Assembly: GCA_041484665.1 (NCBI GenBank)
Contig: JBGPIA010000001.1
Span: 192,001-256,000 of the forward strand
Direction of reading: 5' to 3'
Source: Candidatus Krumholzibacteriia bacterium
GTDB lineage: Bacteria > Krumholzibacteriota > Krumholzibacteriia > JAJRXK01
DNA length: 64,000 nucleotides
In this document: positions 46,599-58,228 of the stretch, in pieces
How positions within the stretch are numbered: position 1 is the first letter of the stretch
How the letters are laid out: the number at the start of each line of letters is the position of its first letter
Translations under genes and position numbers: made by a program
Notes under the pieces: generated by a model
The model's input: the letters and a program-made list of their open reading frames with translations, nothing else
Database searches by the model: none
What the model was told of the DNA's origin: nothing

Positions 46599-47963
46599 GT
46601 GAGCGAGCTGGATCCGTCCCAGGTGCGCTGGGTTGCCAACCCAGCCGATCTGCTCGGCGACGGCGCCGAGATCGACCTTGGCGAGGATGGTGAAGGTGTG
46701 CTGGTCGTGCAGCCGGTGCTGGCCTGCGGCGGCGCGCACCTGGCGCAGGGAACGTCGCAGGCGGCGGGTCCCAGCGCAGCCTTCGAGGGGCCGGAGCACC
46801 AGAACACCGCTGCGCAGGTCTCGCTGACGATCTGGGAGGGCGACGAGAAGATCGAGCTGATCACGGCGGCGACCCGCGTGCCCCTCTTGAGCGGAGCGGA
46901 AGTGACCTATGGCGAGGTGGTGTCGCTGGCGGGTGACTTCTTCCCGGCGTGGGAGGATCTGGACACCTGCGACCCGGACGAGTTGCGGGCCATTCTGGGC
47001 ATCATGGCCGACCAACGCCTCAACGGCTATCAGGAGAAGCACGACAAGCAGTTCAACCGAGCGACCGGCGGCGGATCGAAGGCCAGCGACTGGCTTCCCA
47101 TGGGACGCTACCTGAAGCTCGCTCAGGACAACTACGTGCACTTCGCCGACGGCAATCGCGCCTACGATCAGTGGGAGCGCTACCACCTGCGCGCCTGCCT
47201 GGCGGCCCACCGCCTCGAGGGGCAGCCGATGACCCACGCGGACAATCTGGTGGCGCTGCGCAGGGCGCTCCTGATCGAGGCCTTCGCGGACCACTTCCTG
47301 ACGGACCTGTTCTCGTCGGGCCATATGCGCGTCCCTCGCATCAAGCTGGGCGACAAGCTGGGCGCCAAACGAGGCGGCATGACGTCCAAGGAGATGCACG
47401 ACGAGGACAATATCCTGGGGCTGTGGGTGACCAACAAGCGCAAGGACCCCAAGCGCTGGAAAGCCCTGGGCGACAAGCACTGGAACGACGCGGACAACGC
47501 CACGAACGGCCAGCTCTGCACCGCGGCAGTGCTGCGAGCAGCGCGCGAGGTGCTTACCTGGGCGCTGAAACTCGAGGCGTTGATCGCGAAGGATCCCGTC
47601 GTGCGAAACAAGGGGGTCCAGGCGCGGCTCAACGTACTGGGCTACGCGTGCCAAGCCATCGACGGCGATATCGGACCGATCTCCATGGCGGCGTTGAAGC
47701 GCTTCCAGCAGGACCAGAAGCTGGCGGAATCGAGCGCGGCCGATGACGCGACCGTCAAGCAGCTCGACGAGATCTACACCTCGTACCAAGGCAGCTCGAA
47801 GGTGCCGGACTTGATCCCGTTCCCGGAAGCCCCAACCACGGATGCGGCCGGCAACCACTATCCGCGGTACTTCGTGGACGGCAAGGGCAACCTCATGCAG
47901 CGCGACGGCGGGCCCCACTCCAGCAAGAGCACCAGCAAGTGGGGGAACGTCTTCGCGTTCTAG
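46599..47963 (+). CDS. Zinc-dependent phospholipase C-like protein (Legionella PlcA/B-type) with PG-binding domain; candidate effector
   Basis: YGEVVSLAGDF, YLKLAQDNYVHF, EAFADHFLTDLFSSGH, HDEDN; VQARLNVLGY...IDGDIG...ALKRFQ; no signal peptide. Confidence 0.75.
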   Translation: MSELDPSQVRWVANPADLLGDGAEIDLGEDGEGVLVVQPVLACGGAHLAQGTSQAAGPSAAFEGPEHQNTAAQVSLTIWEGDEKIELITAATRVPLLSGAEVTYGEVVSLAGDFFPAWEDLDTCDPDELRAILGIMADQRLNGYQEKHDKQFNRATGGGSKASDWLPMGRYLKLAQDNYVHFADGNRAYDQWERYHLRACLAAHRLEGQPMTHADNLVALRRALLIEAFADHFLTDLFSSGHMRVPRIKLGDKLGAKRGGMTSKEMHDEDNILGLWVTNKRKDPKRWKALGDKHWNDADNATNGQLCTAAVLRAAREVLTWALKLEALIAKDPVVRNKGVQARLNVLGYACQAIDGDIGPISMAALKRFQQDQKLAESSAADDATVKQLDEIYTSYQGSSKVPDLIPFPEAPTTDAAGNHYPRYFVDGKGNLMQRDGGPHSSKSTSKWGNVFAF

Positions 47964-47976
47964 AGAGGAGCCGGCC

Positions 47977-49572
47977 GTGGCGCGGACCATTGGCGACCAG
48001 CAGCTGCCCATGGCGCGGACCGCCCGTAGGACTCCAGCCGGCCGGGTCGCAGGAGTCCTGCCCGTGGGAGTGGGACTGCGATTCGCGCTGGCGACGCTGT
48101 TGACCTGCTGCAGCCCCAAGGCGGGGCGGGAGGCGACGATGAACCTGGAGCTCAAGCTCTCCCTCGACCGCGGGGAGTACCTGGTCGGCGAGTCGGTCCT
48201 GGCCCGGGTGTCGCTCACCAACCTCCAGACCGTCCCCGTGGAGATCCCCTCGCTCGATCTGAACGATCGCATCGTCTCGTTCACCATAGGCGCTGCCAGC
48301 GGCGAGGAGATCGGGAGCTACGACGGGGTGAGCTTCCAGCGCCGCATCGGCACGCCGCGGCCCACCACCAACCAGGTGACCTCCCGCATGTTCCGAGGCG
48401 GTGAGACCGAGACGCTCAACAAGGACCTCCTGCTGCTGCGGCCGGCGCTGCCCGCGGGCCGCTACACCCTGACCGTGCACTACGCCTGGGAGGAGATCGA
48501 GCTGCACTCGGCTGCGTGCCCGTTCGAGGTGCTGCCGTCGGCGCCCCAGCAGGTGGCCGTGGGCTGGGACAGTGACATGGCCGGTCCCTACCACCTGGTC
48601 TTCGCGTGGGTCGATCAGCTGCGCGGGCAGCCGTTGCTGCTGGAGGCGACGACCTTCGGCTCTGACCACCGCGCCTTCCAGCACACGTCACGCCTGGGCC
48701 AGGTCGGCACGATCGACCAGTTGGCAGTCGCACGCGACCAGGGCGATGTGGCGCAGCTGCGCAGCGCGGTGGTGTGGAAAGAGCAGGGCAAGCTGCGTTG
48801 GCAGGCCACCGGGCCGGGGACGCCCGGTCCGGTGTCCCAGGCCGACGTCGCGCTGGACGGCTGGCGCATCGTGCCCTCCCCGCTGCGCGGCAAGGACGGA
48901 GCAGTAGCCGTCCTCGTGTCCAACGGCGCGCGCACGCAGGTGCAGGCGTTGCGACTGCAGGCCGACGGGACCAAGGTCGCCCTGGGCGCGTGGCAGTCGG
49001 GCACCGCACGCCACCAGGCGTTCCTGGTCTCGCCGCAGCAGCAGGCGCTCTACGTGCGCACCACGGACGGGTTGGGCGAAGGCTCGGGCACGCACGTGGA
49101 ATGCGTCGTCCTGGACACGTCGTCCAAGGCCGCTGTCCTGCTGCAGGCAAAGCTCGCGGCGCTGGCGCTCGCCGCCGTGATCGATGAGTCGGGAGAGCCG
49201 AGTGCGGCGGTGGCCCTGGACGCGGGCGAGCCGGGCAAGCCGATGCGGCGCGTGGTGACGCGCCTCTTCCGTGGCCCCTTACTCCAGACTGCCGTGGATG
49301 GCCCCGAATTCGAGGTGCCCGCCGATGCCACGCTGCAGCTGGTGCTGGGTGCGGACGGCTCGGTGCACGTGCTGGCGGTGCGTCCCGCGGGAACGGTGCT
49401 CTATGGCGTGGGCGAGAAGCCCCTGGAGCCGATCACGCTGCCCGCCGGAGCGCGGGAGCCCCAGCTGGTCGTGGGGCGCGCCGGCGCGGCCTTCCTGGTG
49501 GCGGCAACGCCCGCCGACGGTCTGCACCTGGCGCCCCTGAGCGCGGTGCCGGTGCCAGGGTCGATGCACTAG
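47977..49572 (+). CDS. Hypothetical beta-rich (Ig + propeller-like) protein, candidate immunity lipoprotein
   Basis: GTG 13 nt after the PLC stop with GAGGAG RBS; possible lipobox LLTC/C; alternative start 48139. Confidence 0.55.
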   Translation: MARTIGDQQLPMARTARRTPAGRVAGVLPVGVGLRFALATLLTCCSPKAGREATMNLELKLSLDRGEYLVGESVLARVSLTNLQTVPVEIPSLDLNDRIVSFTIGAASGEEIGSYDGVSFQRRIGTPRPTTNQVTSRMFRGGETETLNKDLLLLRPALPAGRYTLTVHYAWEEIELHSAACPFEVLPSAPQQVAVGWDSDMAGPYHLVFAWVDQLRGQPLLLEATTFGSDHRAFQHTSRLGQVGTIDQLAVARDQGDVAQLRSAVVWKEQGKLRWQATGPGTPGPVSQADVALDGWRIVPSPLRGKDGAVAVLVSNGARTQVQALRLQADGTKVALGAWQSGTARHQAFLVSPQQQALYVRTTDGLGEGSGTHVECVVLDTSSKAAVLLQAKLAALALAAVIDESGEPSAAVALDAGEPGKPMRRVVTRLFRGPLLQTAVDGPEFEVPADATLQLVLGADGSVHVLAVRPAGTVLYGVGEKPLEPITLPAGAREPQLVVGRAGAAFLVAATPADGLHLAPLSAVPVPGSMH

Positions 49573-49794
49573 CTCACCAGCCCCAGTGCCGCCTGCCGGG
49601 GAGTTCGAGCGTAGGGCGCTGCGGCGGTGCGCGCTCCCCCTTGCAGCGCGCTCCGCCCAGCGCGCTCCCCCCTTGCCGGGAGCCGCAGCTTCGATCATCC
49701 TGTGCGGCCACGCGCCGCCGACCTGACCGGCTGCGCTGGGCGCACCCCGCGGCCGCAGCGCAGGCTTTGCTGACCCCCTTCCGTCCGAGGCCCC

Positions 49795-51471
<1,677 letters not shown>

Positions 51472-51791
51472 ACGAGCGCCCCCCTGGTGCGGGTGCTCCG
51501 CACGGGCCGCTGGACGCGGCCTCGTGCCTGCGCCGCAGGCGGAGTCGACCCCACCCCACCGCCAGCCGGCGGCCGCTGCGCAAGCACCGCGCAGCCCGTG
51601 TGCGGTTCGCCCCATCCAAGGCATTGACTCAGGTGTAGGCCCAAACGTCCGCGGACCGGCGGGGGGCAAGCGCCTCGTCCCCCGGGCACTCTCCCATCGC
51701 CGACTGCCGCATGCACGCCTCCAGGTCTCGGACGGGTGGCGACAGCCGATCCCATCGAGCGCCCGAGCGGGCGCCCGCGAAAGGACACGTC

Positions 51792-53510
51792 ATGCATTCG
51801 TCGATTCCCTCGGCGCCGCGCAGGCTGCTCTGGATGGCCTGCGCCCTGGCGCTCGCCACCCTGGCCCCCCTGCGGGCCGGGGCCGCTGTGTTCAGCAGCC
51901 GCTTCACCTACCAAGGAGAGCTCAGCCAGGGCGGCGTCCCCATCAACGGGGCCGCCGATCTGGTGTTCAAGCTCTTCGACGCACCCGTCGCGGGCACGCA
52001 GAAGGGCAATACCGTGACCGCCAATGCGTGGCCGATCGCCAACGGGAAGTTCACCATCGACCTCGACTTCACCAACGGCGGCGCCACCCCTGGCGTCTAC
52101 GACGGGCAGGAGCGTTGGCTCGAGATCACGGTGAACGCGAACGTCCTGACGCCGCGCGAGCGGCTGGCGCCGTCGCCGCACGCCATCGTGGCCAAGTCGC
52201 TTGCCTTGCCCCTCAGCCAGACCACCGACCAGGGTACCGGCATCGAGATCATCAGCACCGCCAACGTGGCGCAGGCGAGGATCATCCGGGGCGAGACCCA
52301 GTCCCAGCAGGTTGGATCGATCGCCGTCATGGGCGAGGCGACGGGCGGCAGCCCCAATGAGAACGTCGGCGTGTTCGGTCGCAGCGACGGCTTGAATGGT
52401 TTCGGCGTGGCCGGCGAGGCGTCTTCACCCGCCGGCAACATCACCGGCGTCTACGGCGTCGCCTCCAACAGCCCTTCCGGGACGGGCGTGCTCGGGTTCG
52501 CGGCCTCCCCCACCGGCGCGACCCGGGGCGTGTACGGCAAGACGATGTCGCCCGACGGGTATGCAGGCTTCTTCGAGGGGCGCGGGTTCTTCACCAGCGC
52601 GGTCGGGATCCGCACGGTCGGCCCGCCGACGGCGATGCTGGAGATCCAGGCCAGCGACCCCGTGACCGGGTGGGCGCTGAAGGTCAACGACGAGCTGTAC
52701 GTGGATCATGCGAACAACTTCGTGGGCATCAACCGCAGCAACCGCATCGGTGCGGAGTATTTCGGCGTGCGCGCCCCCGTGGTGGGCAATGCCTACGGTG
52801 GCATGTACATGGAGACCTCCAGCGCCACCGGCAAGCCGTTCTACGGCTACGCTACAAGCGGGGCCATCAAGGTGTGGACCGAGTTCGACGCCGCCGTCAA
52901 CGAGTGGAAGGTCGTCACACCGGCGTTCCTCAATCCGGTCGACCGGCTCATCGTGAATACGTCCACCGGGAACACTGGCGTCAAGCGCTCGCCGACCGCC
53001 AACGACTTCGAGGTCGAGGGCACGGCGTCCAAGACGGCGGCCGGCAGCTGGCTGGCAAACTCCGACGCCCGCATCAAGACCGATGTCCAGACCGTTGGCG
53101 ACGCGCTGGCGACCCTCGACCAGGTTCGATTGGTGAGCTTCAAGTACACCGACGACTACAAGCGAGCGCACCCCACGCTTGAGGACCGGCGCTATCTCAA
53201 TGTGATCGCCCAGGAGTTCCAGAAGGTCTTCCCCAACGACGTCACGGGCAGCGGCGAGCGCCTGCCCGATGGCTCGGAGATCCTGCAGGTCGACACCTAT
53301 CCGCTGACCATCTACTCCGCTGCGGCGGTCCAGGAGCTGCACGGCATGCTGCGCGAGAAGGACGCCCAGCTCGCGTCGCAGCAGCAGGAGCTGACGTCGC
53401 TGCGCGATCGCGTCTGCCGCCTGGAGTCCCTCGTCGAGTCGGTTGCGGCCACCAGCGCGAGCGTGCAAGCCGCGAGCGTCCACCCCGCGAGCGCGAGCGT
53501 TCACCAGTGA
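51792..53510 (+). CDS. Secreted beta-helical fibre-like protein with C-terminal Peptidase_S74 autocleaving chaperone
   Basis: Signal peptide; FTYQGEL N-domain; GVxG repeats; WLANSDARIKTDV...VIAQEFQKVFP; coiled coil. Confidence 0.78.
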   Translation: MHSSIPSAPRRLLWMACALALATLAPLRAGAAVFSSRFTYQGELSQGGVPINGAADLVFKLFDAPVAGTQKGNTVTANAWPIANGKFTIDLDFTNGGATPGVYDGQERWLEITVNANVLTPRERLAPSPHAIVAKSLALPLSQTTDQGTGIEIISTANVAQARIIRGETQSQQVGSIAVMGEATGGSPNENVGVFGRSDGLNGFGVAGEASSPAGNITGVYGVASNSPSGTGVLGFAASPTGATRGVYGKTMSPDGYAGFFEGRGFFTSAVGIRTVGPPTAMLEIQASDPVTGWALKVNDELYVDHANNFVGINRSNRIGAEYFGVRAPVVGNAYGGMYMETSSATGKPFYGYATSGAIKVWTEFDAAVNEWKVVTPAFLNPVDRLIVNTSTGNTGVKRSPTANDFEVEGTASKTAAGSWLANSDARIKTDVQTVGDALATLDQVRLVSFKYTDDYKRAHPTLEDRRYLNVIAQEFQKVFPNDVTGSGERLPDGSEILQVDTYPLTIYSAAAVQELHGMLREKDAQLASQQQELTSLRDRVCRLESLVESVAATSASVQAASVHPASASVHQ

Positions 53511-53548
53511 GCCGCGCGGCCGCTAGGCAAGCCACGGGAGGCACGACC

Positions 53549-54127
53549 ATGAGGTTCGCGAAGCCCCTGCACCTCGCATCCGTTCTGCCCCTGCTGCTGT
53601 TGGTGTGCGCACCTCGGGTCTCACGCGCCCAGACCGGCGGCGGTTATGATTTGACCTGGAATACCATCGATGGCGGCGGGGCGACGTTCAGCATCGGCGC
53701 TGGCTACGTGCTGGGCGGCACCATCGGGCAGCCCGACGCGGGCACGCTGGCCGGGGCCGCCTTCACACTGGCGGGCGGTTTCTGGCAGGGAGGCGCCCTG
53801 GTATCGACGGGGGTCGATCCCGACGGACCGCCGATTGCGAGCCTGCCGGCCGCCTTCCAGCTGCATCCGAGCGCTCCCAATCCGTTCAACCCGCAGACGA
53901 CGGTCGCGTTCGATCTGCCGAGCGCCAGCTCGGTGCATCTAGCGGTCTACAGCCTGCGCGGCGCGCTGGTGCGGACCCTGGCCAACGAGGCCATGCCCGC
54001 CGGGCGCTACCAGAGGCGGTGGGACGGCAAGGACAATGCGGGCGCGCCGGTCGCCAGCGGCACGTATCTCGTGCGGCTGCAGGCGGGCGCATTCCGCGAC
54101 CAGCACAAGGTGTCGCTCATCAAATGA
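53549..54127 (+). CDS. Secreted protein with C-terminal FlgD Ig-like / sorting-type domain
   Basis: Signal peptide; YDLTWNTIDGGG...GTIGQPDAG...GGFW; PNPFNPQT...WDGKDNAG..VASGTYLVRL. Confidence 0.8.
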   Translation: MRFAKPLHLASVLPLLLLVCAPRVSRAQTGGGYDLTWNTIDGGGATFSIGAGYVLGGTIGQPDAGTLAGAAFTLAGGFWQGGALVSTGVDPDGPPIASLPAAFQLHPSAPNPFNPQTTVAFDLPSASSVHLAVYSLRGALVRTLANEAMPAGRYQRRWDGKDNAGAPVASGTYLVRLQAGAFRDQHKVSLIK

Positions 54128-54258
54128 CGAACCAGCGGGTCACCGAGGCGGTGACCGACCTTGATTCCCGCGCGGCGGCCTGACGGCTGCCGCGCGGTCG
54201 CGTCAAGGCCCCGCCGATCCCGGACGGGCCGAGATGGCCAACGGCACGCGCTCACGCG

Positions 54259-54287
54259 AAGGGGCCCTGGCCATGCCAGGGCCCCTT
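54259..54287. terminator. Perfect hairpin between convergent genes
   Basis: AAGGGGCCCTGGC-cat-GCCAGGGCCCCTT, 13-bp stem. Confidence 0.55.
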
Positions 54288-54384
54288 GCCGCACGAGGGG
54301 ACGGATGATCGACAGTGGGTGCCCACGGGGCCCGCCATCGGCGGGGTCCCAGCAACCCCCCGCGCGCCGCGCGTCGATTCAAGA

Positions 54385-54954
54385 TCAGGAATGGGTGGCG
54401 GCGGCAGGCGCCACCGAGAGGATCTCCATGAAATGGACGCCGTGCACCTCGTGGGCGATGCCCTTGACCGTCACCTGCTTGCCCACGTAGGGCGCGAGCG
54501 TCTTCCCTGCGGGCGTCTGATCCTTCATCAGCGCCACGTAGAAGCGGTTGCTGATGAGCAGTCCCGCCGGAAGGCCCGACTCCAGGTAGTTCGTCGTGCA
54601 GGGCGCGGACCGTGCCGCGGCATTGCCGCCTGCGTGGGACAGGGAGCAGGTGATGTCGACAACCTCTCCGGTGTAGCTCGACTCCGTCGGGGTCGCGGGC
54701 ATCGTCGAGGCCAGCTTGGTGTGAGCGGCGGGCTTGGCGTGGGCAGCTGGCGTGCTCGTGGCAGCTGCGGGCTTGGCCTGCATTGCCGGTGCCGCAGTGG
54801 GAGCGCTCGCGGGCTTGGTGGTTGCCGCCGAGGGTACAGGCGTCCCGGCGGGCTTGGGGGCGTTTGTCTTGGGCGGCTCGGCGGCGTTCGCCGAGACGGC
54901 CAGGAACGCGATCGCGAGCACCACTCCCAACGTGGCAGCGATTCGGCGATTCAT
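54385..54954 (-). CDS. Secreted protein, paralog of 31062..31526
   Basis: Signal peptide, Pro/Ala linker, GEVVDITC...GLPAGLL...QVTVKG. Confidence 0.7.
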   Translation of the reverse strand: MNRRIAATLGVVLAIAFLAVSANAAEPPKTNAPKPAGTPVPSAATTKPASAPTAAPAMQAKPAAATSTPAAHAKPAAHTKLASTMPATPTESSYTGEVVDITCSLSHAGGNAAARSAPCTTNYLESGLPAGLLISNRFYVALMKDQTPAGKTLAPYVGKQVTVKGIAHEVHGVHFMEILSVAPAAATHS

Positions 54955-55308
54955 GTCTCCAACTCTCCTCTTCTCGGACGCCACGAACGCCCAAGATTGC
55001 AGACGTCCCCTTGTCCGCCCGGCTCGGACGAGCCGGCAGAAGCGCCGTGGCCATGGTCGTGGTCCCGGCCGCGGCTCGCGGGACGCTCAGGGGTCTGGAT
55101 ACGCGGCTCTTCTACCCCCGCGGGGTGGATCGGTTCCCTCGGGAGAGTGGCGGTGGGGCGGGCAGAGTCGGGTCCCGGACCGCGCTCGTCGGCATTCATC
55201 GGATGGAAAACCGGCCCGCCACCGACTTGCGTCCGTAAGGTCATGGCGTATGTTGGGCGGGGTGAACCGCGACGAGGACCGGCCCGCTTGCGACCCGGAG
55301 AGGATGCC

Positions 55309-55734
55309 ATGGCCGTCGAGATCCAGGTCAGCTACGAAGGAGCGCTGCGCTGCCGTGCCACCCACGGTCCCTCGAAGAGCCAGTTGACCACCGACGCTCC
55401 CGTGGACAACCAGGGCCGCGGTGAGACATTCTCCCCGACCGATCTGGTAGCCACCGCCCTGGGGACCTGCCTCCTGACGACGATGGGCATCGTCGCCCAG
55501 CGGCACGGGATCGACCTGACCGGAGCCACCGTGAAGGTGGAGAAGCACATGATCGCCGATCCCGATCGGCGCATCGCCGCCCTCCCGGCGGTCGTCACCT
55601 TCCCGGCCCGCGTCGCAGCGGAGGTCGCCGACAAGGAGCGCGCACTGCTGGAGCGAACCGCCCATGGCTGCCCGGTGCAGCGCAGCCTGGATCCGCGCGT
55701 GGAGAGGCCGATCGCGTTCGTCTGGGAGCGCTGA
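55309..55734 (+). CDS. OsmC family protein
   Basis: TDAPVDNQGRGETFSPTDLVATALGTC...AHGCPVQRSL. Confidence 0.9.
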   Translation: MAVEIQVSYEGALRCRATHGPSKSQLTTDAPVDNQGRGETFSPTDLVATALGTCLLTTMGIVAQRHGIDLTGATVKVEKHMIADPDRRIAALPAVVTFPARVAAEVADKERALLERTAHGCPVQRSLDPRVERPIAFVWER

Positions 55735-55797
55735 CCCGCTCCTTCGAGCGCCAACCCGGCCGGCGGGCGCGGCGCCACACCACGCGCCCGGGCGACC

Positions 55798-57069
55798 CTA
55801 CCGCACGTCGTCGCGCACCAGCGGGTGGGCCAGGCAGTGCGGGCCACCGCGTGCACGGGAAAGCTCGTGGCTGGGCAGGAGCACGCAGACGCGTTCGCCC
55901 GCCTGCAGGTCCAGGGCGTGTTTGCCCTTGAGCACGTCGCGCGCGTCCACGACGCGGAATCCGCGGCGGGCCAATTGCTCCGCGGTGCCCACGTTGCGGT
56001 CGTAGAGCATGATGAACCCGGGGGCCAGGGCGAACGCGTTGGCACCGTCGGTCCACTGCTCGCGCTGCTGCGCCACCGCATCGCTGCCGCCGCACAGCAC
56101 GGGCTCGAGGTCCAGCCCGCGCAGCGCCAGGGCCGAGAGGAAACCCGCGCAGCTCACAGCCTGCTGGTCCCGCGAATGCAGATCGATCTCGTAGACGCGC
56201 GCCTCCTCCGAGCCACCCGGCAAAAGCACCGGCGCGTAGATCAGGCAGAGGTCGCGGTCGATCGCCGTGACCACGGTGTCCAGGTGCATGTAGGCGCGCC
56301 GCTGCGGAAGCGCCACCACGATCAGCCAGCGCGGGCCTCCTTCGCACAGCGCCAGGGCCTTGGCCAGGTGCTGCACGCCGGTGCGGTTGGTGCGCTCGGA
56401 GTACCCGATGGCGATCACATCGCGCGACAGCACCAGCACGTCGCCCCCCTCGATGCGCGGGTGGTGCGGACCTAGGTAGAGCGGCCGGTCACGCACCGGC
56501 TGCAGAGGGTCGTGCAGCACCGGGACCGACGCGAAGCGCGGATGATGATGGAAGATCGCCCGCGCCAGCAGCGACTCGCGCCAGCGTGCGGGCATGGCCA
56601 TGGCCGAGAACACCACACCGTCGCCCATGATCACCTGCGGGTCGCGCTGGAAGCACCAGTTGGGCAGCGGTGGGAGCTCGTAGAGCTCGTCCACCTCGAT
56701 GCCGGCCTGGCTCGGATCCTGCCGCACGCCGCTGACGAGCATCGTGGCCAGCTCCTTGGCCGATACATTCCGCATCCGTTCGGCCACGGCCATGCTGAGG
56801 CCTTCCAGCAGCACTTCCAACACCCAGTCCCGCGCTGCGGGATTCTGCATCGTCTCCACCAGCAGATCGCGCACTTCGAGCACCTCGATGCCCAGCAGCT
56901 GCATGATCTTGCGCACGCGCCGGTGCTCCTCCCGCGCGGCGTTGCCGAACAGAATGTCGTCGAACAGCAGCTCCTCCATCATGGCGGGGACCATGCGGTC
57001 GACCTCGGGGCCGGGCTCGTGCAGGAGCACCTGGCGCAGGCGGCCGATCTCGGAGGTGACGTGGACCAC
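55798..57069 (-). CDS. arcA: Arginine deiminase
   Basis: SEIGRLRQVLLHEPG, LLFDD, FQRD, IEGGD, MHLDT, REQWTDGAN, ELSRARGGPHC. Confidence 0.9.
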   Translation of the reverse strand: MVHVTSEIGRLRQVLLHEPGPEVDRMVPAMMEELLFDDILFGNAAREEHRRVRKIMQLLGIEVLEVRDLLVETMQNPAARDWVLEVLLEGLSMAVAERMRNVSAKELATMLVSGVRQDPSQAGIEVDELYELPPLPNWCFQRDPQVIMGDGVVFSAMAMPARWRESLLARAIFHHHPRFASVPVLHDPLQPVRDRPLYLGPHHPRIEGGDVLVLSRDVIAIGYSERTNRTGVQHLAKALALCEGGPRWLIVVALPQRRAYMHLDTVVTAIDRDLCLIYAPVLLPGGSEEARVYEIDLHSRDQQAVSCAGFLSALALRGLDLEPVLCGGSDAVAQQREQWTDGANAFALAPGFIMLYDRNVGTAEQLARRGFRVVDARDVLKGKHALDLQAGERVCVLLPSHELSRARGGPHCLAHPLVRDDVR

Positions 57070-57072
57070 GCC

Positions 57073-57510
57073 CTACCGCTCCCGCTTCCACTCCGCCAGC
57101 TGGGCGTCGTCATCCTCGGTGGGACGGATGAGCGCCATGAGCGAGAGCGCCCAGACCGTGAACGCCAGGAAAATGCGCCAGCCTGCGCCGAGCATGAAGA
57201 GGAGGAACCCGTACACGGCGACCGTCTCGGCGATGGCGTAGCGGAGGACGAAGAAGCGGGCCGGGTCGTGCCTCGCCCAACGGGCGAGCGGGCGCTTGAC
57301 CAGCACGAGCACGATGCTGACCCCGCCCGCCAGCGCAGCCAGCACCCCCGTCAGCAGCCCCAAGCTCGGCGTGGCAGCGGCGCGTGCGAGCGTCCGCCGC
57401 ACCAGCCAGCCGACGAGCACGAACAGGACGGGCGAGAGCATTCCCGTCATCCACAGGACGCGCGTGACCATCTGGGCTTGACCCGGACGCGGGCGAGCGG
57501 GCTCGGTCAT
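57073..57510 (-). CDS. Small 4-TM membrane protein
   Basis: Four hydrophobic segments; ends 4 nt before arcA. Confidence 0.6.
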   Translation of the reverse strand: MTEPARPRPGQAQMVTRVLWMTGMLSPVLFVLVGWLVRRTLARAAATPSLGLLTGVLAALAGGVSIVLVLVKRPLARWARHDPARFFVLRYAIAETVAVYGFLLFMLGAGWRIFLAFTVWALSLMALIRPTEDDDAQLAEWKRER

Positions 57511-57695
57511 GGGACCCCCAACCGAAGGCACGCGCAGAGCGCGCTCCAGAGCGCCGGCGCCGCGCATCCTAACCTGGGGCGCCGCCGCGTGCCAGGGGCG
57601 GTTTGGCGGAGCGTGCCGGCCCGTGCCCGCGCGCGGGCGGCCTCGGCGTAAGTTGCTTGAGCCGTGCTCGGCGCGGGGCTACGCTGAGCGGCGCG

Positions 57696-58202
57696 ATGAC
57701 CTCCCCGCCACCTCCGCCGCGCCCCAACACGGCGCGCGCCGCGTCTGGGCCGGTGCTGGCCCGGCCGGTGGGCGTTCCCCTGTATGTGTTGGCCGTACTG
57801 GCCGCGGCGCTGCTGCTCACGATGGTGCGCGGGACGCTCATGGCCCGCGACCGGCACTCCCGCCTGCAGCCGGCTCGCGTGCCTGCCGAGGTTGAGCTCG
57901 ATCCCACGGCGTCCCGCGACGTCACCCTCGCGGCGGGAGCGCGCTTCCTCGTAGTGCGCGTCCCGCGTGCGGTGGGCCGGCGTCTCGCGCTGCACCAGGT
58001 GCTGCCCCAGCGCACGTTGGTGCGCTGGGTGGAGCCGGTGGCGCAGGACGGCGGGCTGGTGGTGCTGCCGCTGGAGGGACTGCAGGATGGCACGTACTCA
58101 GTGAGCCTGGCTGCGGAGGGAGAGCACGCCGCGCCCGTGGAGATGGACGCTGCGCCGCTGGAACGGGAGGTGCTGGGGCGATTCGTGCTGACGCGCAGGT
58201 GA
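57696..58202 (+). CDS. Hypothetical membrane-anchored protein
   Basis: TM LYVLAVLAAALLLTMV; Ig-like DGTYSVSL. Confidence 0.45.
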   Translation: MTSPPPPPRPNTARAASGPVLARPVGVPLYVLAVLAAALLLTMVRGTLMARDRHSRLQPARVPAEVELDPTASRDVTLAAGARFLVVRVPRAVGRRLALHQVLPQRTLVRWVEPVAQDGGLVVLPLEGLQDGTYSVSLAAEGEHAAPVEMDAAPLEREVLGRFVLTRR

Positions 58203-58228
58203 GGCGTGGCAGGCACGCGACACCGTAC

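Noticed and set aside
53455..53507. GCGAGCGT repeats
   Set aside because: Short in-frame low-complexity tail (ASVQA/ASVHP/ASVHQ) of the fibre protein.
54955..55308. Possible structured RNA between the divergent secreted-protein and osmC genes
   Set aside because: Only imperfect GC-rich complementarity and no recognisable family motif.
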